DNA from: Azolla caroliniana
Taxonomy: Eukaryota > Plantae > Polypodiophyta
Assembly: GCA_043228905.1 (NCBI GenBank)
Contig: JBHGNT010000001.1
Coordinates: 29,512,001 to 29,576,000, forward strand
Direction of reading: 5' to 3'
Length of the DNA stretch: 64,000 nucleotides
The notes beneath the pieces were generated by a model. The model did no database searches and was not told the origin of the DNA. It saw nothing but the letters and a program-made list of their open reading frames with translations. The translations under genes and the position numbers were made by a program. Shown one piece after another: positions 37,436-52,400 of this stretch; the first letter of the stretch is position 1, and each line of letters opens with the position of its first letter.

Positions 37436-40400
37436 TATTAACGTCTTTTAAGAGGCCAAAATGGCCTATAAGACCAAATAAGAGATTACATCTTAAGTGT
37501 TGTCTCGTCTTTGAGAACAAATCAAAATAAAATAAATATTACACAGTAAATATAAAAGTAAATAGCATGAAAAGAAAAGAAAAGAGGGAATCTGGTTTTT
37601 GGCACATGTGAGATCCTCACGTTAGGTATATTGTAGCTTTTGTCTTCGAAAGATCTCTAGCATAGGTCGATCTAGAATGGAAATGTCTCCGAAGCGAGGG
37701 AAGCACCTACGATGGCGGGAGAATGGCTTTTAGGAAAATGCATTTTGAAACATTGTCATGTGAATGTGTATCAGATCTATAAGTGCATGGGTTGAACCTG
37801 TATGATTCTGGACTGGAAGATGGATGAAATGGACAAAATGTGAGATTAATCTGGTTAAAAAGACACCAGGTGCCAAGGGCAACATGACGATGTAATGACG
37901 TATTATGAATAACTAACAATCAGGTTTAGTGACAAGTATTGGATTAGATGCCATCAAAAATTATCTATTACGGGCTGATCCATGAACTCGTCATCCTGGT
38001 TGGCGATGATCTATCTTCAATCATAGTTTTGTTTCTAGTGGAACCAGGCCCTCAATGAGAATAGGTTACTTTGGTGCTTGCTGGTTATGATATCTTGTTT
38101 CATGATTTGGCTCCATCTGATATATGAGAGTTGATGGAAAACTCTACACATCAAAATGTGTTCCAACATTACATATTCGGATTAAATGTTACATCGTAGC
38201 TTCATATTTGTATAGTCACATGCAGGACAACAGTTCAAATTTTCAACTGCTGTAAATAAATAGAAGACTGACCTTGTTATATAAGCTTCTATGGGAATCA
38301 TTAATGAGGGAACCCATGAAGGCGGAAGAAGCCAGTGATATGGCTTCAGGAAACCATTTTTCGTGACATCTTCGTGATCTAGCTTATCTAATCCATCTTT
38401 TGAAATTGCAATTCCTGCCTTGCTATTTGATTTTGTTGCTAAAGTTGTGTTACCTTCCATATTCGAGCTGACAACACTGCTTTCTGTTTGCATCCCTCCA
38501 CTTAAGAAAGAATCCAGAACCCTTTCCCATTTTCTAATATCTCCCAATTCCCATGACATGCTATCTAAACCTGATCTGCTGGGATTAGTTTGCATATTGA
38601 TAAAAATATTGTGCTGATTCCAAATGTATTCAACAGCTTGATATGGAGAGCCATGTAGTTCATAACGGTATCCAGTGCTAGGCTCGATGAAAAAGTTTTC
38701 AGAGATATCTCTTTTATTTGATGTTACTAAAACCCAACAATGTAGGCGTTTCTTATCCAGCACATCAAGACTTTCAGTTGCAGTGTTGCTTATTCCTGAC
38801 ATTACTTCAGCAGCATTTTGTTCAGGTTGGATACAACTTGTATTTTCAATTTCCATTTGTTTTATCCGCTCCTCATCAAGGACTTCATATGGAACTCTTT
38901 CATTGCAATATGTGAACAAGTTGTCTTCCTCTTCATTTTGCCCCATATGCACACCATGCTCATATATGCCCTTGAAACCTTGAATGAATTTCCATACAAG
39001 TGTGCCTCTATCTTGCTTATGTAGGTTTAGAAATTGCTCGTTAAGTATGGGGGATGATTCTTGGATATAGTCACTTTCGATATTGGCCTGGACAATACAG
39101 GAAGAGATACATCATGTATATAAGTATCGATCAGGAATCTATAACCTTTATTCATCTTTCCTTCATTACTATACAGTATTTTACTTCAACTCTAGGGTTA
39201 GTAAGACTTGAGGAGCAATACGTATATTAAATAATATGCCCATTACTAACCTTGTCTGTCTTTTGTGAGGGATGAAGATTCTCCTTCTCATGACAAGGCT
39301 CATTCTCCTTTGCTTGAATGTATGGACAGGTAGTATATTCCTGCCAAAGAATGTATAATGTGAAATATGCATCCAACCAAATAATAATAAGAAAATATAA
39401 AAACATTAAAGGAAATCAGAAAACAAGAATGAAAGTCTATGGTTTTTCTTCCTCTTGCATTTTCACTTCAGCAAGAGAGTTTGATGCTGGCCATGCAAAT
39501 ATTACTTTTCCGAAAATTAATATTTCTTGTAAGATTTTCTATCTGTATAAAAACTCTCAGTAGATACCATATCCGTTAACCACTGTGCAGAAAGCAGGGC
39601 TTCTAGCTATAAAATATTTGGTGAATTCTCAGTAGATAAATATAGTAGTTTACCACACTGCAGACAGCAGGGATTGATAAATGAATTCAGAAAATACACC
39701 AAAAACATGCCGTGTGGCCTAAATCTGAGTGGAGTACAAAAACAAATATTCACTTGATCAATATTTTGACAATTAGCATGTATTCAATCCAAGATGCAAA
39801 TTCCATCACAGTTCCTTCCTTGTATATAAAAGTCATTAAAACCTGATTGTTTGTTGTGATATGCAGTGGAGCATATCCAACAACACAAAATGCTTCATAC
39901 CCTGCTCCTGAGAGAAATGAGGTCAAAAGTACTGCAAAATCAAAGCAATCTGCTCTCCTCCACTACAGCCAATCAAAAAATTACAATGCATCAATACTTT
40001 TTCAAAATAACTGAAGATAGATCAATCATATCATTTAAATAAGTGACAACATAAAATGCTACATAGCTATTATTTAAGGCATTATACACACATGATGTGA
40101 GATAACAATTTTTGGGGCAATAGATAAATAAAGAGGTTTGGTTAGATTAAGGATACAATTAGACCTCAATAGTTCCTGAAACTTACAGATTTCAGTTCCA
40201 GACAAAATATCACATGCAAATCCGAACATGATACACACAGACCTTGAATTGTACATGTAGTTGTTCAGTTGATGAATTTCCAACAAGCCAAAAATCACAA
40301 TCATGAACGTTGAATACATAAAATAAAGTTATTTTTCTATAATAAAACATACACATTCGAACAATTGAATTAAAATTTGTATTCTTATACAAGGCTGCTC

Positions 40401-43400
40401 AAGAAATGCAATGTGAGAAACCTACTCCAGCTTTATAGATGAAGCCAAGGTATTAATTTTTCCCGAGGTATGAGCCTGTAAGGTAGAAATGAACTGAACT
40501 TAAATGCTACAGTAACATCTCCAAAAGGCCACTGTGACCTATGAAAGCAAAAGCTACATCCATGTGCATCCTAAGGAAATCTGGTGAAATAAAGCACAAT
40601 TAGGTATAATGATGTTGGTTCCATGGTACCATCATGTATATTCATAGGAACAACAAAATTCTATTGCGTTCAACAATAATGAAGACTGATGTTTTGATGG
40701 CTGAATTGTTGGTCTAAATAGTCGACTCCAAAGTCATGTACAGACTCAGCAATTGCATTTTGAATGAAAGGAGGACACAAGAAATAAACAGAGGTCAGCA
40801 GTATATTATTTTTACATTTTTTATTACATCTATAATGACAAGACATTGAATGCAGTAATCTGCAGATGTATAAATATGGGAAAACTGGAAAACGGCCAAG
40901 CTAACATCCAGGTCAAGGAAATGCAAATGAGTTTCAATGCTAATAGTTTGTCAATCATCCTCTTCTTTTACTTTAATATAAACATCTCTTTTGTTTTATT
41001 TGAAAATCAATAAAACAAAGGATATCATTTTTGAGTACATGCTTATTGATTGAATATCTCTTACATTTAGAACTGAAATCGGTGATGGCAGATACGATGG
41101 AAACATGATGGGATTCTCTAAAGGCTCATAAGTAATAAAGTTAGCCAGAAATGATGCACATGATTCCCACTGAAAGAACTCTACATAATCTGAATGTGAA
41201 GGTCTGATTGTAGTACAGATACACTTGACAATGTCGCACTCATTCAATGCAGCAAACATGAAGGGTCTTCTATCTCGATATCTTTGCATAAACTGTAAAC
41301 AGTTTTGAAAGTTAAACTTCTTTTAAAAATCTCCAAGTGATGCCAGCCTATCCTGGTTTTATAAATTTGCTACAAAAAACATCAAAATAACAATCTATAA
41401 CTCAATGAGAAATTTAAACAAAATTGAAGTTTTATAGAGTGATGCTGTAATATGTACATTTATCCTAACTATGTCATGGTTATCGTTTTGGAAGATAACA
41501 TGCTATATTAACATAAAAAACTCAAAAAATGGAAGTTCAAAGATAGAGAGTACTCTTCGTTCATAGTTCTTTATGTGTTCCAGCAGATGGGATTCTTTAT
41601 CTGATAATATCCGGAATGACTTAGGTAGTTGTAGCATCTGTAAAGCTGTCTTTAAGAAGTTATTTGATAGCTTAAAACTCCACAGTAATTCAGTGAAATT
41701 CTAGCATAAATGTGAGAATATATATTAAATAACCAGACCTGTGTCTGTCTTAAAAAGAGAATCCTTGCAGTTTTGTTTTGCAGAGGTTTGTCAGTTTGGA
41801 TGTCACCAACCTTCAAAATTTCCAAAAATGTTAGATGTTGTATGGGAGAATCTGCGTCTATTTTCATGAAAGCAAAATGCTCTTCAATACTTATGATTAA
41901 ACAACGCAATCTGAAAATAAAATGAGAAAATTAGGTTTTCTAGCCCAAGGTCACTAGCAATTCAGATTGTGGGTCATATCCTCTTTTACAACTATCTCAA
42001 AGCAACGTGTGGATACCCAGTTTGCCTTATCAGAATTTACTTTATTCTACATCATAGATTGAAAATATAATGCAAAATATAAGGCACCGTAGTATGTTAA
42101 TTGCATTCCTTGCACTCAGTTTTGCAAGAGTTTTGCAAGAGCCCAGGAGAATTGATAGAAGTATGTGTCCAGCATTGGTTACAACACTGTGAGAGAATGG
42201 ATCATGCGAACAGATTCACCTTGCAGATTCACCTTGAAGTTCAAGACCAGATTCACCTTGCAGAATGAATCTCTCCATTTTGGATTGACCTATACTAGAG
42301 ATCTTCCAAGACAAAAAGTACAATATATCACTTGTGAATCTTACATTTATAAATGACAAGACTCTTGGTCACATCTTAATTCTATTTCTATTTACTTTTT
42401 TACTTAGTTGCATTTATTTTGGTCTCCTGTTCTCAAAGACGAGAAAATATTTTCAGATGTAATCTCTTTTTTGGTCTGATAGGCCATTTTGGCGTCATAA
42501 AATAAGTTTTCTTTCTTTCTTCTTTCATTCTAGAAAGAAGAGAGAATTTGTCAATTGTATCATCAGGTAGTGGAATATGAACACTATGTTTATTACTATA
42601 GTGTTTTTTTATCAATAAGAGGGAGATATAATTGCCTCTTTAAGCCAGGCTTCGGCCCACTACGCAAGGTAATGGAATATGCAGTATAAATCTTGAGCTA
42701 GGACTTCCTTCTTTAGTAGTCAACTTGACAGCCATTTCATGTTTATGGCTTGTGCTCTACTATTTTATTGGAAAATGTCAACATGAAAGTGTTTCCAATC
42801 CATCAGGAGAGTTTGCCAAATAATCGGTTCCATGGCTATCAACATGGAAGAATTTCATAATCTGTTGCATTGAGTTACCAATAAAAGCTTAGGCAGAAAA
42901 CGAAGTCGCAGATTGTTTCGCTTTACAAAATAAAGGAGAATTAGAATGCATAACCAAATAAATTTGAAGAAAACCTTTGGGGGCAAAGCATCACAAACAG
43001 CTTCCAGGTAGTAATCCCATGACACCCCATCTAAGCTGGCTGTTTCTTCAACAGCAGGAGGTGCTGCATGTAAATATTGAGTGCCCTCTTGGAGAACAAG
43101 AATCTTCTCATCACAATAGCAAAACCTATAAGTAAATATCCTATATAATCAGCACTGCTGTATAACAGAAAAAAACTGAGTGTGTCAAATGAAATAATCT
43201 TAATAGCCCAATTGTGAGATCATGTTTATAAAAGTTTCTCGTTTACTTAGTATACAAGTCTGAAATAGGAGACTTCAAAGGAAATTGCTCATTTCGCAGA
43301 GGATGTTTTCCAGAAAAGGTTTGAACTTGAAAAAGAAAGAATAGAAATTACACATTGGTAAGGCACGGGGTGATTCCCAACTCCAATTCAGTCCACGTAT

Positions 43401-46400
43401 TGTTCCCTGTAAACAATAGAAAACAGTTTATATTCATTTGATGTCTTCTACATCTCCAATGTTTTGACCATAGCTAGAGAGAGATCCTAAATGCAATCAA
43501 AGGACTCATCAAGTTACGATGATAAATTTTGATAGATTGGACTTCAAGCCAAGCCTTTGAAATAACACAGTCCCATAACCTAGCACAGATGATGGTTTTC
43601 TGCATATTATAATCCTTTACCGAGTAAAATCTGATGAATTTTCACAGGTCGGCAGTTACTATCAACTCAAATAGTTTGATCAACTGCTGAAGTAATGCAG
43701 TTTCATAACCCAGCATGAACTTCTGCATATTTATGGTAATCCTTTGCCAAGTGAAATTCTCAACAATCCCCACCATGACATATCTGATGCCAGTAATGTG
43801 ACACCATAGTATCTTTAGCCATTGTATAAACACTTCAGGTATGCTACAAAACGAGCACTTCCAGAATATATTCAAATTCAAAATGGTCACAAACCAAAAC
43901 AAAAGTTATGCCAATGCACTTGTAACTTGCCCTCCCTCTTTGCAGATTCAACAAACCAGGCATACTCAGGAATGATTGTTCTTGGGTTCCAAGATGCAGA
44001 TACATGACACTTTGTTCTTCTTAATTGATGACCTAATTGATTTATCTGTATATGCTACAGGCATTGAGACACAGGATTTGGGAATGCATATTTCTTTTCA
44101 TGCCTTCATTTCCAATAAACATATGTTCCCAAATCCCGAGTCTCAATGCCTGTAGCATATACAGATAAATCAATTAGGTCATCAATTAAGAAGAACAAAG
44201 TGTCATGTATCTGCATCTTGGAACCCAAGAACAATCAGGCCAATACTGACGTCCTGGGTGTTGTGACCCCGTGTGCATAAACTTTTCAGTTGCGTAATGG
44301 AATCATCAAGAGATGCACACGGATCTAGTTGAAGAAGGCCTGTGTAAAATAATGAGACTATGTATGTGCTAGGTCATGTATAAAAATACTTAGATGCCCA
44401 AGAAATTGAAAAAGAGCCTATCCAAATAAATTAGTTGATTGAGGAAATTGTAGAGGTACAATGTGTTATCAGAAATGGGTGTATTTAACTATAACAGCAA
44501 AGTATTTACATTTTTGGAGGTACAAATATAGGATAGGAAACATATATGGGTCAAGCAGTGCAGAAGGATAACTCGTTGCTGTCAAATTAATAGGACAATA
44601 TGCTGTATGAGGATAACCCAAAACCAAAGCTGCAGATTACAGTCCTCCATATTACAACAGTTGTGATTGTTTCATTGGCATCGTAAGGCTCAGGTATCAC
44701 ATTGACATTCACCATTAAAACTCAAATCTAAATAAATGTATAAGAAAGCAGAGATGTCTTCAGCTGTGTTGCACAGGATCATACTGCAATATTCCTTGTG
44801 GGAATTAAAAAGCAACTTCCAGAACAAAGTATTTCATGTGGCAATGGTGCAGTGCAAATTACCACCACTAAAGATGCCAGAACATGGAGAATTCCAATGT
44901 ACATTACAACTAAATTTCAAATGCCAGAAGACCAGATAACTCTGCATAGTGGGACAGGTGACTGCTGAGCCCCACTAGGATTTTAAATAAAAACTAAAAG
45001 ACAAACAGCAAAGAATTTAAATGTGGCCTATACAAGAAGCGTTGACGACAGATGACTGCTAATTCCTACTCAGAATTTAAATAAAAACTAAAAGATGAAG
45101 AGCAAAGGATTTAAATCTGGACTATGTAATAAGTGTTGAGTATATAGACAAAAGTGTAAAAACTTATGCTCCTATTTTATAAACTATATTACCTAACTGC
45201 ACTGAAATTTTCAAAGGGAAAAGCTGGCATCCACTGTAATTTTTTACCCAAGCCTTTCAAAGACTGTTGAATGCCTCCTTTCCTTTGTGTGTATGTAAAA
45301 TACTGAAGAAACTACCAGTAGAGCATTCACAAATCTACCCCTATTTCTTTGTTTCTTTCTTTCAACAATTGGATACATCAATATCTACAAAACTTTGCTT
45401 TTGATCACACTTAGCATTGACCCTATGCATGGATCATTGCCTGCATGTACCCATGCATATCATACAAAGAACCTAGTAAACCCCTTAGTTAACCATAACC
45501 CTTGTTAATGTATGCCCTGATAGAGATTATACAGTAGTATATCACCTCAAACATACATAAAACTACTGCAATCCTACAAACGTAATCAAATGCATGAAGC
45601 AAGCATACAACAATGAATGCTACTCTGTGACTGTTCACCATATGAGATCGTAAAATCTGTCAAATGAGCAAGGGAAAGCCCAAGTGGCTGGATGAGGTGA
45701 ACATGTACAGCAATAAACACTCCCCTTACCAATGGTTATATTGTCAATGCAAGACCACAGAGAGCAATTGAATGAAAAAAGTGAGTTCAGGTGGCCTTAA
45801 GTGAATCTGGGGCAGTACACTCAGCAGTGCTTATCATAGGCCGATGCAGCACCACAAAAACATTAAAAAAAAGCTAATACAACAGACTCAAGGCCCTTCA
45901 ATTATAATTTCTTGGCAAATGGTCAGAAGGATAAATGATTCAACTTGACGGTTTTCCTTCTTTACTCTTTTAGTCTATTGCATTTATTTTGGTTTGTTCT
46001 CAAAGACTTAATCTCTCTTAAAGATGTAATCTCTGGTTTGGTCTGATAGTCCATTTTGGCCTTTCTTAAAAAGTCGTTAAAATTTCTTTCTTTCTTTGTT
46101 TCTGGGCAAGATTCTTCAATCAAACTCACTTGTCAATGGAAACTACAAATAGTATTTCCAGATTCTTCAGCCCAAGTTTTGCATATTTTCGTCAGTAAAT
46201 TAAGCAATAGAATTATATGTAAAAATCAATATAAACTACATTCAAGCACAAGAAATCCAAATGTAAACTCACTGAGATAAGTAGGATCCTTTTCTTGAAC
46301 ACTTGAAATGGTGATGTTCGTACTGGAATTTCAGGTAAATATTCTCATAATGTGTTCAACATCCATTGTTTATCATCATTGAAATGCAAAAATGAATATA

Positions 46401-49400
46401 ATCTACAATTGTTTATGATCATTTATTCAGATAATATTATTCCTTGTTACTCTTTCTACAAATTAACAATCATGAAAAGGGACACATTACCTCATTTTAA
46501 GATCATTTTTGACCTCGATACCCAAAGGAAGAACGCAGAGTGAACTTAAGGGTTCCCCTTTCACATCAATTCCACCAACCACATAAAGCCTATCTTGGCA
46601 GGTAGTAAAACCACGAGATAATAAGAAACAAAAGACAGTAGAAAAACTGAAATAGAAGAATATTTACAATTATGGAAAAACATAAATTCAAGAATGCCTA
46701 TTTCAGAACCATCTGGATTTTAACATTCTCCATATGTTTATGAACGTTTAACATGTGTGAATGACATTATTCCTGCTGGGAAACAGACAAAAAAATTCAT
46801 TACACGCATTCCAGTTATAGCTTTAATATAAAGATCAACATGTAGCATCCCAGAAAATATTTGAACCATAACCCTGTTTCTTTCAAAGAAAATAAGTTTA
46901 TTTAAATAATCAGTGTTAATATAGCATCAAAACATTTTCCAGGAACTATTTGCAAAATGAAATAATAGATACAGGATGCCAGGCCTTATTCCTGACTAGT
47001 TCTTCCATTGGAGTCAATCAAGATCCAATTTATTCCTAACTGGTTCATTCATTGGAGTCAATGCAGATCCAATCAAATGGGATGTAGTGCAAACTGAAGT
47101 AAATTACTGCAAAAAGGTCACACCTCACATCTGGAAGGAACTCCACGCTAATGTTTCCAATCTCCTCATTCTTACGGTCAAACAAAAGTTGGAATTTCAA
47201 ATTGTAGCCTTGTGTGCTAGGCTCTATTAACTTTCAACAGCGTTAATTGTAATAGGTTTGTGTCAATTTGAGAACCTCAACTTACACTGAAACTGATGAA
47301 AACTCTTCGTGAGTGATGTGCCTAGTATAAAGTGAAACTATACCCCATAAATATATTCAGCTTTTACTTAAGATAACGAAAAGGTGTGTAATAGGAGAGT
47401 ATGTGTTTTCTTGTCTAGTATAACTGGAAAAAGTAGTATGTCAAACTATTGCACCTACCCCTAAGATTTTAGGTCTAAACAAAGATTAAAGTCCCATTTC
47501 AGAGAAAATATCCATCTTTTTTTGTTTAAAAATTTGAGCGTATATTAACTGTACATAAATTCCATCGAAATCATTGTGTGCCCTAATTCTGAAGGAAGCT
47601 CAAAAGACCAAGAAGTGATAATAAGGTTTGAAAATTGATTGCCACATTAATTGCATACCTGATCTGGTAAATCCAACAGCTGTGTTTAAATCTTGGACAT
47701 GGTGGAAAAAGTAGCATGTCAAACTACTGCACCTACCCCTAAGATTTTTAGGTCTAAACGAAGATTAAAGTCCCTTTTCAGAGAAAATATCCATCTTTTT
47801 TTGTTTAAAAAATCGGGCTTATATTAACTGTACATAAATTCCATCGAAATCATTGTGTGCCCTAATTCTGAAGAAAGCTCAAAAGACCAAGAAGTGATAA
47901 TAAGGTTTGAAAATTGATTGCCACATTAATTGCATACCTGTTCTGGTAAATCCAACAGGTCTGTTTAAATCTTGGACATGGTCCTGATCCTTTTTGAGAG
48001 ACCTGATTCAAATTATATGTTCATGAGTCTTGACAATATATCCCATTATGTAAATGCATAAAACCAGTTTGTGAAACAGTAAATACAGTTTACCATATAG
48101 GATATTATTGAGCAATGCTTCAATGTTTAATTACTATAAGGGGTACCTTTTTTTATGTTTTTCTTTCAAACAAACCATCAGCATGATATAACTACTAGCT
48201 TGAATATGGATTTTGGCTTATCTTAGAACGTAAAAATCAAGAACTATCATCATTTGAATGGACTACAATATGAATTCTCCCTACAGACTCTTTCTAAAGT
48301 GTGGGTCAGGGGATTTGATGCAGGCACGATTCCAATCCATGATTAATTTTTAAATTCATGTTAAAACAATGTAGAATTCATCAATGTGGTCATTTTAATC
48401 TCAATAAAAAAGACTTCTGAAGTTTTATTGCAAATGCCTTCTCATATATTACCCTGCTCCACGTAAATCCTACTGTTTCAAGGACATGGAGGTCATCAAG
48501 CATAAGACCACCACCTCTTCCACCATGCACATAGAATTTTGTCCCAAAGGATGTGGATGCTGCATTTTGCCTTGGTGCTGGAATTGATCCCTTTGTATTT
48601 TGCAGAGTCCACACCCATGCCTAGAAAGTAAATCAATGAACGAAATATCATTCCATATAGTAACCATATGTTGTCCAATCAATTTGAGGATCTCATAACA
48701 TAACTAATCAAGGACAATGCGTGTGTGTGTATATATCCATATAATAACCATATCTTGTCCAATCAATTTGCAAGATCCCAGCATATACAGTAATTAAGGA
48801 TGTGTGTGTATATGTATATATTGTTTCCCATTATATACCATAATTTTATCTCAAAAAGCTGTGTTTTAAGTTATTTTAGATTCATAAATCTTCCAAATCA
48901 CTTTCACCATCATGAGCTCATAAAAATGGAATACAGAGAAAATTTGAATTGTGTGATCTTATCTCAATATTCCACAAACAAACGTGCATTATGATCCCTA
49001 AAATAATGAGAACATCTCTACCATTACTCCCTAGCAAAGGCAGTGTAACTTCTGTTTGCAAACACTGAATTTGGTTTTTTGAGCAACTCTTAAGTGAGGA
49101 AAATCTACAAGGAACTGCTTGTAAAAAAAGGCATAAACGGTGGAAATGATCAGAATATGGTTGTATTTCCACTGCCTTAAAATAAACAATATAAGCCCTA
49201 CCTAGATGAAGGAGAGATAGCAAGCTCATTCCACAAGAACTCAGAAAGGATATCACGCCAACTCTTCCATTTTGCAATGCAGAAAGTTACATCACCAGAT
49301 GACCCACTATCTACAGAAGCAACCAACAAATTTGAAGATGATATGTCTAAACTTATATTACATAGTTTTCTTTAGATGTAATAACTGTTGCAGCTTTCCA

Positions 49401-52400
49401 AGTGGGGGCTAAAGAATGCTTAATGCGAACATCATTGGGCATCGCATAATATGTGCTGCCATAAATCTTTTGGATACAGAAAACTATGATCTTTATATTA
49501 ATTTTGATTGAATAGACAATTAAGAGATGATGTAGTCAGGACCTATTTTCAATATTCCATCTCATTTCCAGCATAACAAGCAGACCTTTAAAATAAGGTT
49601 AGTGGTCAGTCTTGGGGTACACAAAAAATTTCATTCAGAAACTTCCAATATCAAGACACTACAGGATTGTATATCTAAACGTGGAACATTTCTCTCTGGC
49701 GTGTTTGTTTTATGGTTTCTTTCAGGTTGGGATCAGGATAATCAGAACTTCACGATAAAAAAAGGACCAGAAACACAATTAACACTTTGTATTACCAGAA
49801 AACTCATCATAAATCAATAACAGGTTATGAAACCTTGCAACCAGGAATTTACAAATAAATTTTTTCCATATCCTTCCAGTGAGATAAAGCATAAGAAGAG
49901 GAAATTACAAAGTTAATTATTGTAGGCAGCAAAGGTCATCAAAAGTAAAATTGTAAACTCTCAACATATCAAAGAGCAGCAGGATGAAGTCGATACAAGA
50001 GAAAGGGCATCTTTGCTCAGGAGAAAATCCTTTGTGTCATAAACATCGCTTCGGCAGGATATGTTTAAGATGAAATACAGATTTTTGTGCATCCTCATGA
50101 AGCGTTTTATATGTTTATTTTGTTTTTTGTAGAAAACCAGGTGTTAAATATTAATTGTAAGTGGAGTACTAAGAATTTCAGTGTGGCCATCATTTTGACG
50201 TTTGCATCAACAGATATGTAGGGTTTATCGTAAGGTGAGATAGTATAGAAAGAAAGAAAGATATATTAATGCCTTTTAAGCGGCCAAAATGGCCTATAAG
50301 AACAAACAAGAGATTACATCGTAAGTATTGTCTCGTCTTTGAGAACAAATCAAAATAAAATAAATATTACTCAGTAAATATAAAAGTAAATAAGATAAAA
50401 AGAGACGAGAGAATCTGGTTTTCGGAACATGTGAGATTCTCAAGTTAGATATACATATTATAACTTTTGTCTTCGATCTCTAGCATAGGTCAATCCAGAA
50501 TGGAGAGGTCTCCGAAACGAGGGAAGCATCTGCGATGGTGAGAGATAATAGAGAGGAGTATAATGATGGAAAGATGTTGTATCTTTGCAATCCCTAAACT
50601 GTAAAAATTTATTCTTTTCTTCATCAATCTATGTTTCCTTGTATGAACAAGGGAGTCTGGCAGATTTTCTTGACAAAAGGAAAGAAAGATATACTAGTGT
50701 CTTTTAAGGGGGGAAATGACTAATAAGACCAAACAAGAGATATATTAAAATTAAATGGCTAAAAAATTCTGCTGTCTATTATGTAACTGTCTCAAATCTG
50801 ATCGATTGTAATTTTTGCTTTTGAAAGATCTCTAGCATAGACCAATCCAGAATTGATAGATAAAATGCTCACCTACCAATCCATCATATCAACACAAAGA
50901 AAGAAAGAGAAACTAAAAATTTGCTAGGCCAAAATAGCCTAAAAAAACGAACAAAAGATTACATCTTAAAATGCTGTCTCGTCTTTAAGAACAACAAACC
51001 AAAATAAATCTAACTAAATAGAGAAGGAATGATTCAGTATAGTAGATTATGTAAGTTGACAAAAGGTCATGTAAGAGATTTAGACTAATGTCATGCACAG
51101 TCTACCATAGGAGAATTTCTGGTATTTAGAACAGCATTTCTGTGTATATACGAGGACAAAAAATTCAAATGGCCCTGATGAAACAAGTTACTTCTGCATA
51201 ATCCACCGCTAGAAGCAACACATCAGTGGATTATGAAGAAGTAACTTTAAATTTTAATATGCAGTAGATTAGCACATCAGTAGACTATGAATTGTAAGGA
51301 TAAAATATGTATAATGACCCCATAAAAAGAAATAGCAAAGGTATTATTTGTTCACAGAGAAATAAATCATAAAAAATGAAGTTTGTTTTGTCACATACAA
51401 ATATCTGCTCTAATTTTCAGCAAAACAAACTAGGTTGTACTGCATGTATGTTATGGTACAAACTGCACCAATGTTACCCGCTATAAATGTCCCTTTTTAA
51501 CACTCTTGAAATTGATAATTATTTGTTTTGTTTTTGATATAGCTTTCAACATAACTCAAGTGTTCACCTGGGTATCCAAAACATGAACATCATTATATCG
51601 TTGACGACTTCCTCGGCCCCCAAATACAATCAGTTGAGATCCAATCACAGCCATCGAAGCTCCTTCACGAGTTAATGGTATACTTCCTTCAATAGGGGGC
51701 TGCAAGAAACTTAAGTGTCAGCTTCGGAACTATCTTATGTTCCCTCTAGTTGATTATTTCAATACTAAAACTTCTTTAATGAGATGATTTCTGACTTTAT
51801 CTGATGGATTTTCGTATATAGTAAAAAAGAACTAGTCACAAGATCCTACAATGATGTATGTTCCATTGCAGAAGCACTCAACAACCTAAGCTTGGATGGA
51901 CTGAAACTCACAACTCCAAAATATCTGCAACATGGGCCAATCCATGATCAAGAGGTCTCTCAAGCAAGGGAAGCATCTTCAGTGAGTGATGATAGCCTTT
52001 ATTTTATAACAAGGGTCGGGGCCTTGATCCAGAAGGACGTGACTTACATGCAATAAAAAATTGTTGCTCCCAAATCTATTTCGACCCCTTTCAAATGATT
52101 ATCTCCATGTTCTGCCAATTCTTGGTGGATAAGTGCCAAAACTTTAGTACCTTTGGTAATATCCAATTTGATGATATCAGTTCGGATCACCTATTTCTAC
52201 TGTGCTTATATTCAACTGTGGACAACCCAAGCTATATATGAAACATGTTCTACCAATTCTTTTGGTGGCATAACTGCCAAGTCACTAGTACCTTTGGTAA
52301 TATCCAATTTAATGATATCAGTTCAGATCACAGTATTTCTACTTTGCTTACATTCAAGTGTGGACAATCCAAGCTATATTGAAACAGGAATAGTGAATTT

